Positions 10,202 to 20,184 of a stretch of 64,000 bases of DNA are shown here, piece by piece. The position numbers were made by a program, and so were the translations under genes. The stretch is from an uncultured virus (IMG/VR IMGVR_UViG_3300027741_000028) (lineage: Duplodnaviria; Heunggongvirae; Uroviricota; Caudoviricetes), in the IMG/VR virus record IMGVR_UViG_3300027741_000028; one strand, given 5' to 3'. Every line of letters starts with the position of its first letter. Position 1 is the first letter of the stretch. A model generated the notes under the pieces. It saw only the letters and a program-made list of their open reading frames with translations, ran no database searches and was not told where the DNA came from.

Positions 10202-11994
10202 TTCTTTTTCTTCTTAATATTTGTGTAATTTCTATCTTGGTCCTTATATGACTGCATTGGTTCTTTATTGGTTGCACCACCTAAAGTTCCACCAACACCC
10301 ATGTCATTTGCACCTGGATCGTCTATTGCTTCTTTAACTCTATTTCTAAAGTTTTTAAATTCTATCTGTTCTCTGTATGTTACATCGCCTAGACCAGACA
10401 TAGGGTATACTGTTCCCTGTTGGCGTGTATCGTATTCTGGTCCAATACCCGTCACATTTCTCATTCTTTGATTCGCTGACGGGGCATTGGAAAATCTATT
10501 TTTACTTACTTTGTCTTTGTCTTTGGAGAAGTTACTTTCTTTTGGCTTTGGGAAGATTTGGAGGTGCGGGGTGCTCTTTTCTTCGGTGTAGGTTTTGAAG
10601 TTGTAACTACCTCTTCCTTTACCTCTGTTCCACTTGATATCACCGGCGTTGGCGTCACTGGCTCTGTTGTCGGGACTGATATCGTCTGGTCCATCGGCTT
10701 TGGGGCCTCCTGCACTGGTGATTCTTGGACCTTTGGCTTTACCTTCAACCAATCTAGTACTTTCTTTAGCATGATAATTTTCCTTAAAATAATTAAATGA
10801 TTCATTGGCACTCAATCTATCATGATTTTCCAACCATGAATAAGAAATATCGCCATAATTTTTACTTTCTATAAATGTATTTATTTTTTTATAGGTCTCA
10901 GTAATATCTTCTTCAATAGATTCAATTTCGGAACTATTGTCAAAGTATATAAAATTTTCAAAATTCTGTTTGTAAGATTCCTGACACGATTGAGCCAGTT
11001 CCCATTTTTCACGGCGAATTGATTCAGCAACCATTTTTGTCAATCGTTGATTTCTTTCCTGACTTGCTTCATTGGTTGTATTTACGAATACCATAATTGT
11101 TTCGTAACCAAGTTCTTCCAGTTCTTCTTTGATTGTAATCATACGAGAATGGTCATCAGCAGGTCCATTAATGATTAATGGTCCACGATTTCTAACTGCT
11201 TCTCTACGGAAGTCATTAGATTTTTCACATAATCTTTGTTTGTCCATCAGATAATCAAAAGCTTGTACTGAATTCAATTCTACTGCCTTTGATTCGGCGA
11301 TTGCTTCACGGATAATAATATCTTTACCAGAACCTGGTCCACCTGTTACAAAGATGGCCTTAAACATACCACGATTGTAAGATTCGTGTAATCCCATGCC
11401 TTTTCTTGTGTCGTGCATCAACTCTTTTGCATGAGCACCAGAAACATGACTAGGAACACCATGTTTGAATTTAGCAAGGTCTTTATTTTTGGCGTGTTCA
11501 CGCATTTTGGTGCCAGACATACCTTCTGTTCCTTCTGCATCCGGATCACGATGGCCAGCAGAATGTACAGTTATTTTTTTGAAATTATACAATGCACCAT
11601 GGTGTGTACCATTATATTGGTGTAAAGTTTCTTTCATTTTATGAACACGGTCAGAACCAACCACCATATGCAGATGCGTTACACCTTGTTTATGCAGTTG
11701 AGCTGCATGATGAAAGTATGTTGGATGTTCTTTTGATGATGAATGAAAATTAGTTCCAGGAGAATATCTCTTTAAATGCTTTACTTTCTGTGCAGCAGAT
11801 AAAGGATTCTTCTTTGCGTCTTGTGAATGGGATGTGACAACTGTATGGCCAGCATTATGTTTTGCAGCAACTTCTTTAACTTTGTCAATTAACTTTAAAT
11901 GACCAGTAGTTGGCGGATTCATTCTACCAAAAGTAAAGACATGGTGTTTTTCACCACTCTTTTCTTCTCTTAGAATATCTAAAAATGATTTCAT
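10198..11994 (-). CDS. HIGH-family nucleotidyltransferase fused to a P-loop kinase-like domain and disordered tail
   Basis: FGRMNPPTTGH, KNPL, VVGSDR, MSGTKMR (HIGH/KMSKS-like); AIFVTGGPGSGKD Walker A. Confidence 0.85.
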   Translation of the reverse strand: MKSFLDILREEKSGEKHHVFTFGRMNPPTTGHLKLIDKVKEVAAKHNAGHTVVTSHSQDAKKNPLSAAQKVKHLKRYSPGTNFHSSSKEHPTYFHHAAQLHKQGVTHLHMVVGSDRVHKMKETLHQYNGTHHGALYNFKKITVHSAGHRDPDAEGTEGMSGTKMREHAKNKDLAKFKHGVPSHVSGAHAKELMHDTRKGMGLHESYNRGMFKAIFVTGGPGSGKDIIIREAIAESKAVELNSVQAFDYLMDKQRLCEKSNDFRREAVRNRGPLIINGPADDHSRMITIKEELEELGYETIMVFVNTTNEASQERNQRLTKMVAESIRREKWELAQSCQESYKQNFENFIYFDNSSEIESIEEDITETYKKINTFIESKNYGDISYSWLENHDRLSANESFNYFKENYHAKESTRLVEGKAKGPRITSAGGPKADGPDDISPDNRASDANAGDIKWNRGKGRGSYNFKTYTEEKSTPHLQIFPKPKESNFSKDKDKVSKNRFSNAPSANQRMRNVTGIGPEYDTRQQGTVYPMSGLGDVTYREQIEFKNFRNRVKEAIDDPGANDMGVGGTLGGATNKEPMQSYKDQDRNYTNIKKKKK

Positions 11995-13181
11995 TTACGG
12001 ACTTTTAAAAGATTTTGTTTTGCAAATTCGGCACGATTAACTAATTTAGTTGGTTCATTATTGTGATGGACAACGAAACCTTCTGGCTTAGATTTCTTGC
12101 CTTGAATGTGATGTTGATAACGTCCTTCATGTGTTTCTAAAGAACTTACCAGTGCATTTTTGGCTTGATGTAAGTGGTGGTGCATTGCAAATAGATTACC
12201 ATAATGTGACTTGTTCTTTTCAACGTGAGAAATTTGAGTTTTGCCTTCGCCAGTTTTTTCCGATTTAGACTTTTCAGTTTTAACTTTTGCTGCTTGTTTT
12301 TCATGTACATCATGTAGGTGTTCTTTGAAACCTTTAACGGATGGAACTTCATCGTGTTTAACTGTTTTATTGATGTATGTAGCTAAATGACCTGATTCAC
12401 CACTGTGTTTTGGATGAACAGAATCATACATTTTGTGACCATGTGTGTCATGGATTTCTTTTGCAGCTGCCATATGAGATTGAAACTTCTTCTCATTTTC
12501 TGGAGAATGTTTGACTTTACTTGTGTCATGTTCTGCACCATGAATATGAACATCTGGATGTTCTTTGAAGTTTTCATGGTCGACATGAGGAGAAGCACTT
12601 TTCATGTCGTGGCTATATTTTTGATGAACAACAATACCTACTTTAGATTTTTTAATCTTTTTTGCTTCATCACCGTGAGCAGTATAGGTAATTGTATTTG
12701 GTGTAAAAGATACTTTACTGTCTTTTGCTTCTACAATAAAACTTTCATGTAGATGTTTAGTTTCTGCATGATGCATCAAATCACCTTGATAAACACCAGT
12801 CTTAGGTGTTACTTTTGGTAGGTGTTTGAGTGCGTGTTTAAGTGTTCTTGCAAGACCAGGTGCGTGGCCGTGGTTTTTGTCAATATCTTTTTCTGTATGA
12901 TTAATCTTTGGATTCTTATTGAAAGCAGACTTAGTTGCAACAAAAAATTTACCATTTGACGGATGGTGGCCAAAAACAAGTGATGGAGAACCATCATATT
13001 TCATTGTTAAGTTGGTGCTTTTTGCACCAGAAGTCATGTGAGCATGAGCTTTTGTTAGTGCTTCGTGTGCGTGTTCAAAACCAGCATGACCATGAAACAA
13101 AGGACGATCCTCGGCATGATGGATATGCTTAAGTTCCGATCCTTCGGATTCTTCTTTTAAGAACGATTGAAAAGTTAACAT
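11991..13181 (-). CDS. His-rich ATP-dependent ligase-superfamily protein (DUF6267-like)
   Basis: KYDG (motif I), YQGDL (III), PEGFVV (IV), TKLV (V). Confidence 0.7.
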   Translation of the reverse strand: MLTFQSFLKEESEGSELKHIHHAEDRPLFHGHAGFEHAHEALTKAHAHMTSGAKSTNLTMKYDGSPSLVFGHHPSNGKFFVATKSAFNKNPKINHTEKDIDKNHGHAPGLARTLKHALKHLPKVTPKTGVYQGDLMHHAETKHLHESFIVEAKDSKVSFTPNTITYTAHGDEAKKIKKSKVGIVVHQKYSHDMKSASPHVDHENFKEHPDVHIHGAEHDTSKVKHSPENEKKFQSHMAAAKEIHDTHGHKMYDSVHPKHSGESGHLATYINKTVKHDEVPSVKGFKEHLHDVHEKQAAKVKTEKSKSEKTGEGKTQISHVEKNKSHYGNLFAMHHHLHQAKNALVSSLETHEGRYQHHIQGKKSKPEGFVVHHNNEPTKLVNRAEFAKQNLLKVRK

Positions 13182-13228
13182 TGATTATACCCCATAGAAA
13201 TGCAACACACTTTGGTTGCCGATGGGCT

Positions 13229-13236
13229 TATTTATA
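13229..13236 (-). promoter_or_regulatory. T4-type late promoter
   Basis: TATAAATA upstream of the 13181 gene block; gp55 present in window. Confidence 0.7.
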
Positions 13237-13299
13237 CATTTTTTTAACCAATACATTCAAACTTTTGAAATATTGGGTTAGATACATACTGACCGGAAA

Positions 13300-13992
13300 T
13301 CAGTCTAACATATAGTCTCCGGTCCTTGCAATCGTTGTTCCGACATTCAACATATCAAATTCTAGTAGTTTTTCTTTGGGAACATTAATAAAGTGGCAAT
13401 GTTCAGTATCTAAACCCTTGTTCATCAACTCAAAATTCTTATAGATTATTTGTTCGTATTCATCCACCAAAGATAGACACCATGAATACATTCTCGTTTC
13501 CAAGATATGAGTAGAACCAAATTGATTTTGAACTTCTATAGGCATCCAACTGTTTAGTCTTTTCTTAAAAATAAATTTACCTTCAGTATTGTCATAATCT
13601 CTCATGTTGAAATTATCTTGTAATTTAGACCGACCACCAAGTTTGAACATACGACCCTGCATAGTTCCGAAGTCAAATTTACCTTTTAGAAAAGTTATAC
13701 TTCTCAGTAACAGAAAATTCTCACCAAAACTTTTTAATTGTTCATGTGTATTAAATTGTTGAGCCTGTTGGTCTTTACTCAAATCTATATACATATCAAC
13801 TTTAGATTTTATGTTATCTATTTTATGTTGTTCAATAGGAATAACTGAACTATCCGTAAAGACAATAAGTGAATCTTCTGTTTTGCTTCTAATACTTTCA
13901 AATGTTTCCAATGTCTGTTTGTATCGGTCTTCCAGATTGATGACACCAAAAGTTGGTTGCATACAAGATGTAACTAAAAATATATTTTTCAT
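13300..13992 (-). CDS. Hypothetical protein of glycosylation cluster
   Basis: 230-aa ORF, FLVTS..R..QTLET..SIR and FKLGGR motifs; coupled to GT genes. Confidence 0.55.
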   Translation of the reverse strand: MKNIFLVTSCMQPTFGVINLEDRYKQTLETFESIRSKTEDSLIVFTDSSVIPIEQHKIDNIKSKVDMYIDLSKDQQAQQFNTHEQLKSFGENFLLLRSITFLKGKFDFGTMQGRMFKLGGRSKLQDNFNMRDYDNTEGKFIFKKRLNSWMPIEVQNQFGSTHILETRMYSWCLSLVDEYEQIIYKNFELMNKGLDTEHCHFINVPKEKLLEFDMLNVGTTIARTGDYMLD

Positions 13993-14798
13993 TTCTGTAA
14001 CACTCCTTCATAACACATTCTTGGCCAAGTATTTTGTACCAAAGTACCAACTGGCGGCATAATAGGATGACTTACGATATTAAAGAAGTCATTATTGTAT
14101 TTTGTACCTATCCACATTTCTGGTTTATTACGGTTAGAATCAAATGTGTTTAGTGGTGTCGTTCTTCTCATTTCATTCCACCAGTCATTTTCTGTAATGT
14201 CTGGAAGTTTATTGACATACTCTGATTTAGACCACCAGAACCCACCAGAATAGTGTGGAACAGGCCAAGTGCCAAAGTTGACACCAGATACTGAATGGTC
14301 TTCCAGTTTATCCGTACAGAGTTTCCAATTCTCAATACAACCCCATTGTAGGAACTTTCTCCAAAAATAATAATTCACAAATGGCTGATAGATTTTTTCT
14401 TCTCTCATTCGCCATGGAACTGTAATACCTTTTGCATGGAAATACATGAAATGTGCATCTTCACGTTTGGCATGTTCTTGCAAATATTTCATTGTCAAAG
14501 TTTCATCGTGTATATTCTTCTTTTGATAATCAATCTTTGAAACGTGTTGTAATGATAAATTTTCTTCCATATCATCATCTAAGATTATCTTTTCAAGTAT
14601 TTCAATCTTACCAAATGTATTACAAATACCAGTAAACATTTCAACTTCTTCTTTTTTGCCTATACAAACAACATACATTTTTTCTATATGTTCATATAAA
14701 CCAGAATCAATCGTTGCAACCACCTGTTCCAGAAAATGATTGTACCAACAACCTGTTTCTTCCGTCAAGTATATATGATAATATAGGTATTTTTTCAT
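13989..14798 (-). CDS. Putative glycosyltransferase-like protein
   Basis: YYHIY, YFHAKG, HYSGGFWW..SEY motifs. Confidence 0.55.
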   Translation of the reverse strand: MKKYLYYHIYLTEETGCWYNHFLEQVVATIDSGLYEHIEKMYVVCIGKKEEVEMFTGICNTFGKIEILEKIILDDDMEENLSLQHVSKIDYQKKNIHDETLTMKYLQEHAKREDAHFMYFHAKGITVPWRMREEKIYQPFVNYYFWRKFLQWGCIENWKLCTDKLEDHSVSGVNFGTWPVPHYSGGFWWSKSEYVNKLPDITENDWWNEMRRTTPLNTFDSNRNKPEMWIGTKYNNDFFNIVSHPIMPPVGTLVQNTWPRMCYEGVLQK

Positions 14799-15526
14799 GC
14801 GTTTACTTTGAATTTTCTCAGTGTATCTTGTCTATCAACAAAATTAGATTGACGACCATAATGTTCTTTTAGAATCTCTGGATATCTTTTGTACAAATAG
14901 TAGTTCATTTCATCCATAGCTCTTTGTTTATCATAATAACTATCTCTGAATGGTTGATGAATCATACCTGTATGTACGACATTTGCTGGACACTGAAATA
15001 AGTCATAGAATGTTTTATCAATACCCCATGCAATTTCTAAGTCCCAATGACTGGTGAATTCCATTAAGAATCTGAATTTCTCATCAGTGAAGAAACAAGA
15101 ACCCATTTCAATAAAATTGGTTTCACTAAAATCACAAGTTGGATCATTAAACAGTGGTTTATAAATCAAGCTTGAATCATGTGGCATTGATAATTGCCAA
15201 TATTCAAATTTAAATTTCTCAGCCAATTCAAGACCTTTGTTGAAATCTTGATAACCAGTAATCAGGTCATCATCAACACAACCAATATAGTTGTATTTAC
15301 CTAAAGGAATATCTTTGGCCACTTCTTTCATAAGTTGCCATTTATGACCCTTGATACGAACCATATGGTCGTAAGAACCAGGTTCTGGAACAAAATCATT
15401 GTAAACAACCAAAAGAGTTTCATAGTTTCGTTCATTGTTTGTCCATCGCCAATGGTCCTCTTTCTTCCAACGTGGATCATGTGGCATCTCCATGCCAACA
15501 GGACATATAATTAAATTTGCCATCAT
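14795..15526 (-). CDS. DUF707-like putative glycosyltransferase
   Basis: G.KWQ, YIGCVDDD (DxD), TNFIEM, WGID motifs. Confidence 0.65.
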   Translation of the reverse strand: MMANLIICPVGMEMPHDPRWKKEDHWRWTNNERNYETLLVVYNDFVPEPGSYDHMVRIKGHKWQLMKEVAKDIPLGKYNYIGCVDDDLITGYQDFNKGLELAEKFKFEYWQLSMPHDSSLIYKPLFNDPTCDFSETNFIEMGSCFFTDEKFRFLMEFTSHWDLEIAWGIDKTFYDLFQCPANVVHTGMIHQPFRDSYYDKQRAMDEMNYYLYKRYPEILKEHYGRQSNFVDRQDTLRKFKVNA

Positions 15527-16731
15527 TCAACCTTAAACTCTGGAAAGTAACGTACAAAAATATCATTCTTGTTTGGTCGGATATTTTTTGTTCTCATTTT
15601 AATTTCGTTGTAGAAATTCCATGCAAGAGGAATGATACAAAGTTTATCCACATCACCAAATTGTGATTTCAAATATTCAGTACCAAAGATAGGCACAGAA
15701 CTTCCTGGTGTGAACATTCCTTGTTTCAAAGGATTGTCATCAATAATAAAGTCTGGACCTTCTTGTGCAAAATTCATTAGTGTGTTACCTTTTGCAGGTG
15801 CACCATAACCAACCACAGGAACACCTGTACTTCTCATGTCTCTAATGATAGATGCAAATTGTTTTACATTATCCAAACAATTAGCTGCATAGTCATCATA
15901 TGTCTTTTCAGTGTAAAGTCCTTTTTGTGCTTCAAGGTCAATTAGATTTGAGATATGTGCAGGCGCAGACTTAGACTTTGATATGATAAAAATGTAACTT
16001 GTTCCATGTACTGGACTCTTAACAACATCAACCAAGTTTAAATTAGCTCTCTTACATAGAGCATCAATTGATTTGATATTATAGAAAGAAAGATGTTCAT
16101 GATAAATTGTATCAAACTCACCATTCAAAATCATATCAGATTGTGATGTGGTTGCAAACAATAAACTATCATCATGCATCACATTTCTAACATTCTCCAA
16201 CAATTCTAGTTGATTGAAGTTATGTGCGAATGCATTTTGACAGGTAATAACATCAAATTTTTTATTACCAAATTCTTTACCTGTGAAATAATCACAAACA
16301 ACAGTATGATTCTTTGATGATGTTGCATATAGATTTTCAGCTGGATCAACACCAAAAGTATATGCACCATATTTTTTGAAATAATCTAATTGACTTCCAT
16401 CATTACAACCAACGTCTAAAGCAGAAACTGGTTTTGATCCATACTTCTCTGCTGCAAATTGGGCAAACCAATCAAAATAATCCAATTGTGTTTTTGTAGT
16501 TCCAGAAACATACAAGTAATCTTTGAACATCAAATCAGGATTAACACGATGCGTCAACTGCACATGGAAACAATGTGTGCAACGATTAATTGCCAATGGA
16601 TAATGAACCTCATGTTCATCTTTTGTTTTCTTGTAAGAGTTTGCTAGTGGTTGCGAACCTAAATCCAAAACAGGAACAAGTTCTGTACTACCACAAGCAA
16701 TACATTCATTAATTACTTCACAATCATTCAT
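15523..16731 (-). CDS. SAM-dependent NDP-sugar C-methyltransferase
   Basis: CIACG/CTHC zinc site, LDLG.QPLAN, DVGCNDG, FDTIYHEHLSF, GYGAPAKGNTL, AWNF. Confidence 0.9.
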   Translation of the reverse strand: MNDCEVINECIACGSTELVPVLDLGSQPLANSYKKTKDEHEVHYPLAINRCTHCFHVQLTHRVNPDLMFKDYLYVSGTTKTQLDYFDWFAQFAAEKYGSKPVSALDVGCNDGSQLDYFKKYGAYTFGVDPAENLYATSSKNHTVVCDYFTGKEFGNKKFDVITCQNAFAHNFNQLELLENVRNVMHDDSLLFATTSQSDMILNGEFDTIYHEHLSFYNIKSIDALCKRANLNLVDVVKSPVHGTSYIFIISKSKSAPAHISNLIDLEAQKGLYTEKTYDDYAANCLDNVKQFASIIRDMRSTGVPVVGYGAPAKGNTLMNFAQEGPDFIIDDNPLKQGMFTPGSSVPIFGTEYLKSQFGDVDKLCIIPLAWNFYNEIKMRTKNIRPNKNDIFVRYFPEFKVE

Positions 16732-17774
16732 AGTTCTAACCACCTTGTATTCTGTAAGTACCAATCACTTACTTGTTTAATTCTTTCACTAAATGCAATC
16801 GTTGGTTCCCAACCTAACGACCTCATTAGACTACCATCCAGTGCATAACGTAAATCATGTCCTGGTCTTGAATTATGGAAATCAATCATTTCATAAATCA
16901 ATTCTTTACCTTGTGCTTGTGCAACAAGTTTAGCAAGAGTCAAATTATCAACTTCTTCCTTACCAACAATATTAAATTTGGCACATTTAGCATGGCCATA
17001 GTCAGATGGTGATTCTGGTTTCTTTGTAATCAAGAATAGCAATGCTTCAGCAACATCAGCTGCATGAATATAGAAACGACTACCTGCTTCTGTACGGTCA
17101 GCATTTGAGTGAATGTAAATCTTTTCATTTTTACGAACACGGTCAACACACAAAGGAATAAACTTCTCTGGGGTCTGACGTTCACCAAACACGTTCATTG
17201 TGTGGGTAATCATCATAGGCATCTTGTATGTGTTTTCATATGCAACACAGAATTCTTCGGCGGCTGCCTTGGATGCAGAATAAGGATTGGTGGAGTTGTA
17301 TCTTGCTCTTTCTCCGTATGCAACACCTGGAGGTGCAGAGCCAAAGATTTCATCAGTACTGAAATACAAGAATGTTTCCAGACTATCTAATCTACGAGCA
17401 AACTCAAGTAAGTGAGCAGTACCAATGGTATTATCTTGAATGAATTCCATCGGATGTGTGATTGAACGGTCAACGTGTGACGAAGCCGCAAGATGAAGAA
17501 TAGTATCAATCTTACCATTCTTGTGAATGAAGTTACCGACCAAAGGATTAATTTCAGCCTTCAAGTCATGGAAAACAATATTAACACGTTTTCTGGTCTG
17601 TGCATCATATTTTTCCAACACTTCACTCAAACGATTCAAATTACCAGAATAATCTAAACGGTCAAGTGTAGTAATATTCCAATCAGTTTTCTGAATCAAT
17701 AAATCAATAACGTGGTGTGCAATAAATCCACAACCACCAGTAATCAAAACATTTTTACTCATATCAAACTCCAA
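16728..17774 (-). CDS. rmlB: dTDP-glucose 4,6-dehydratase
   Basis: TGGCGFI, HLAASSHVDRSI, STDE, YSASK, RPGHDLRYA motifs. Confidence 0.92.
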   Translation of the reverse strand: MEFDMSKNVLITGGCGFIAHHVIDLLIQKTDWNITTLDRLDYSGNLNRLSEVLEKYDAQTRKRVNIVFHDLKAEINPLVGNFIHKNGKIDTILHLAASSHVDRSITHPMEFIQDNTIGTAHLLEFARRLDSLETFLYFSTDEIFGSAPPGVAYGERARYNSTNPYSASKAAAEEFCVAYENTYKMPMMITHTMNVFGERQTPEKFIPLCVDRVRKNEKIYIHSNADRTEAGSRFYIHAADVAEALLFLITKKPESPSDYGHAKCAKFNIVGKEEVDNLTLAKLVAQAQGKELIYEMIDFHNSRPGHDLRYALDGSLMRSLGWEPTIAFSERIKQVSDWYLQNTRWLEL

Positions 17775-17777
17775 TAA

Positions 17778-18338
17778 TTATTTTATCCAATACCAAACAT
17801 CTTTTTCAGTTAAAAGAATTTCTTTGCCAACTTGTGCTGCAAACTCTTTGGCTGCACGATTAACACCTTCAATTGCAGTAAAATCATGTCCTGCAAAAAT
17901 ACCACCTGGTTTTAACTTAGAATAGTAATTTGCACAGTCTTTAGTTAGTTGTTCGTATGTATGTAGGCCATCAATAAAGATGATATCAAACTGTTCATCT
18001 ACAAACAATTCAACTGCATCATCTGATGTTCTACGAACCAATTCAAAACGATTGGAATAACCATCCAAACGTTTCAATACATTATAATACATTTCTTCAC
18101 GGCCGGCAAGATTATTTCCGTTCCAATCAACATAATTTTCATATGGATCAACTGATGTTAATTCAAGTGTCGGATTTGAGTCAAGTAGAAAATTACTTGT
18201 ATCACCAATATCACAACCGATTTCTAAACCAACTGGATTAACCATGTCTTTAATCATGGCACCAAGACCATAACCTGAACATAAATTTTGTGTACCAAAG
18301 GCCTGTGTTTCTGTATTAAATCTAATAACGTCACTCAT
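17778..18338 (-). CDS. Class I SAM methyltransferase (Methyltransf_24-like)
   Basis: LEIGCDIG, FIDGLHTYE, LKPGG..AGHD. Confidence 0.85.
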   Translation of the reverse strand: MSDVIRFNTETQAFGTQNLCSGYGLGAMIKDMVNPVGLEIGCDIGDTSNFLLDSNPTLELTSVDPYENYVDWNGNNLAGREEMYYNVLKRLDGYSNRFELVRRTSDDAVELFVDEQFDIIFIDGLHTYEQLTKDCANYYSKLKPGGIFAGHDFTAIEGVNRAAKEFAAQVGKEILLTEKDVWYWIK

Positions 18339-19195
18339 TATACTGTCCTATATGTAAAGAAATTGTTAAGGTCTTCCTGACCGAACTTGTCCATCACCAA
18401 CTTTTTCCAAACTGGTACACGGTCATATTGATGTACGATGCAATGTAACATATGATCCGTTGTTGTGATAATTTTATTTTCATAATCAAAAATAGGTTCT
18501 GGTTCAGTTAAGAATGGTCTGAATTGATTTATCTTTGATGGGTCACCAGTAGTACCAAGTTGTACTGCCCATCCATCTTCTTGGTCGGTAAACAAGACAC
18601 TATCTTTATATGGTTGTGTGTTCAGTAACACATTATAGACCGCCTGGTCAACGATAGGAATTGGCCTGTTGATTGCATTAGTGAATATGTTGAAACACAT
18701 ATCTCTAACATAATGAGATTTACCACCAATGGTTCCTACGTTGAAAATGGTGTTGCCTTTGAACCTATCATACACTTCTTGTCCGTAAGTTTGAAGTAAG
18801 TTTTCATTACCCCATGGTTCATCTTGATAACGAATAGATTCCGAACCAGCCACCAAAGATTTATCACCCATGTTATCATTAATCCATTTACATGGGTCTC
18901 TTTGGAAATATACATCTTTAACATCGGTGGTTACAACGATATCATATATTGGAGTCCGATGTAGATAATCATATATTGACCAGAATCTTGCAACATGAAT
19001 TGGTGCATTGATTTTTGGCATCGCAATTAATTCAAAACCATGATGTATGAGGTGAGCACAAGTATCATCTGATGCATCACCAACAATCATTACTTTATGT
19101 CCTTTGAAACCACAAGTTTCAATAGACTCAACCCAAGGTTTCAATTGATTGTAATTGTATCCTGTAAAAGCACCTATGATTAAATTTTTCGCCAT
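18338..19195 (-). CDS. Putative glycosyltransferase (GT-A)
   Basis: TDVKDVYFQRDP, DQAVYN, IVHQYDR motifs. Confidence 0.7.
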   Translation of the reverse strand: MAKNLIIGAFTGYNYNQLKPWVESIETCGFKGHKVMIVGDASDDTCAHLIHHGFELIAMPKINAPIHVARFWSIYDYLHRTPIYDIVVTTDVKDVYFQRDPCKWINDNMGDKSLVAGSESIRYQDEPWGNENLLQTYGQEVYDRFKGNTIFNVGTIGGKSHYVRDMCFNIFTNAINRPIPIVDQAVYNVLLNTQPYKDSVLFTDQEDGWAVQLGTTGDPSKINQFRPFLTEPEPIFDYENKIITTTDHMLHCIVHQYDRVPVWKKLVMDKFGQEDLNNFFTYRTV

Positions 19196-19896
19196 GGGAA
19201 AACTCCATTATATCTGTCATTCATTATTTTATTACCATTATGGAAAAAGTCTGCATTAACAGAACCTGGATTTCCATCTACTCTATAGTTTACTGTATAC
19301 TTACCAGTGCAGTCGAAGTTAGGAAAGTATTGTGACAGAGCCGATAACCAAACTCTATCTTGTCCCCAACCTCCATGCCAAACTTGTGCTAATTTTATCG
19401 CAACTTCTGTTTTAAGGCAATAGCAATTAGTGTCAATATGATTAACACCATGATAAGTTTGCCATTTACCAAGAGATTCACAATCATCATTGGTGATGAA
19501 GTTACCATCTTTGTCACAAATTCTTCTGAGTGAATACGTCCAATCAAGTTTCTTTTCTTTGATTGTGTTGATACACGTTTCTACGTGTTCTGGTTCCATC
19601 CAACAATCTTGGTCCAGATACAGAACATATTCAGTATCAATCAGGTGTGTAAATGCAGCATAGACTCGGTGGCCATAGAATCCGTTGGCACCGACATTGA
19701 TGGGTAGATAACATCTTTCCAAATTTTTTCTAGAAAGAAAATCATCTGTAATGATTCTTGTTTTTGAGTGGTGTTTAATACCATCAGCAACAACATAACA
19801 TTTCGTTTCATAGGTTTGTTCAAGTACAGATTGAACAGCACCTTTCAACTCCGGTTCACCCGTAGTTGGTATAATCACAGTCGCAGTCATAATCAA
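19180..19896 (-). CDS. Glycosyltransferase family 2
   Basis: VIIPT, SVLEQT, VVADG, LDQD. Confidence 0.88.
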   Translation of the reverse strand: MIMTATVIIPTTGEPELKGAVQSVLEQTYETKCYVVADGIKHHSKTRIITDDFLSRKNLERCYLPINVGANGFYGHRVYAAFTHLIDTEYVLYLDQDCWMEPEHVETCINTIKEKKLDWTYSLRRICDKDGNFITNDDCESLGKWQTYHGVNHIDTNCYCLKTEVAIKLAQVWHGGWGQDRVWLSALSQYFPNFDCTGKYTVNYRVDGNPGSVNADFFHNGNKIMNDRYNGVFPWRKI

Positions 19897-20174
19897 CCTC
19901 TAGTCAGTTTTAATATCTTCTCTATTTGTTTTTCAATTGCAGGTTTACGGTTAGGCCAGTAGATATATTCCTTATCACCTGTACTATGTAGTTTCTTTAG
20001 GAAAGGGATGACCATCTTCTCCACTTCCGCTAATCGTGTTTTATAATCATCAGCAGTTTCGGCTGTCTTGTTGATTACTGAATTGTATTCTGCTTCTGAT
20101 ACAGCAGAGAATCCAAAATCATCTTCCAGATCCTGGTATTCTTTCATAATTTTATCAAAGTCAGTTAGTGGCAT
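19893..20174 (-). CDS. Conserved hypothetical protein
   Basis: DFGFSAV and KEYIYWPNR motifs; AGGA SD. Confidence 0.65.
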   Translation of the reverse strand: MPLTDFDKIMKEYQDLEDDFGFSAVSEAEYNSVINKTAETADDYKTRLAEVEKMVIPFLKKLHSTGDKEYIYWPNRKPAIEKQIEKILKLTRG

Positions 20175-20184
20175 TATTTATCCT

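Noticed and set aside
10506..10811. 101-aa alternative-frame ORF inside the NTase-kinase tail
   Set aside because: It has a possible AGGA SD before an internal ATG and a Pro/Lys-rich product, but it is fully nested with no further support; left uncalled.
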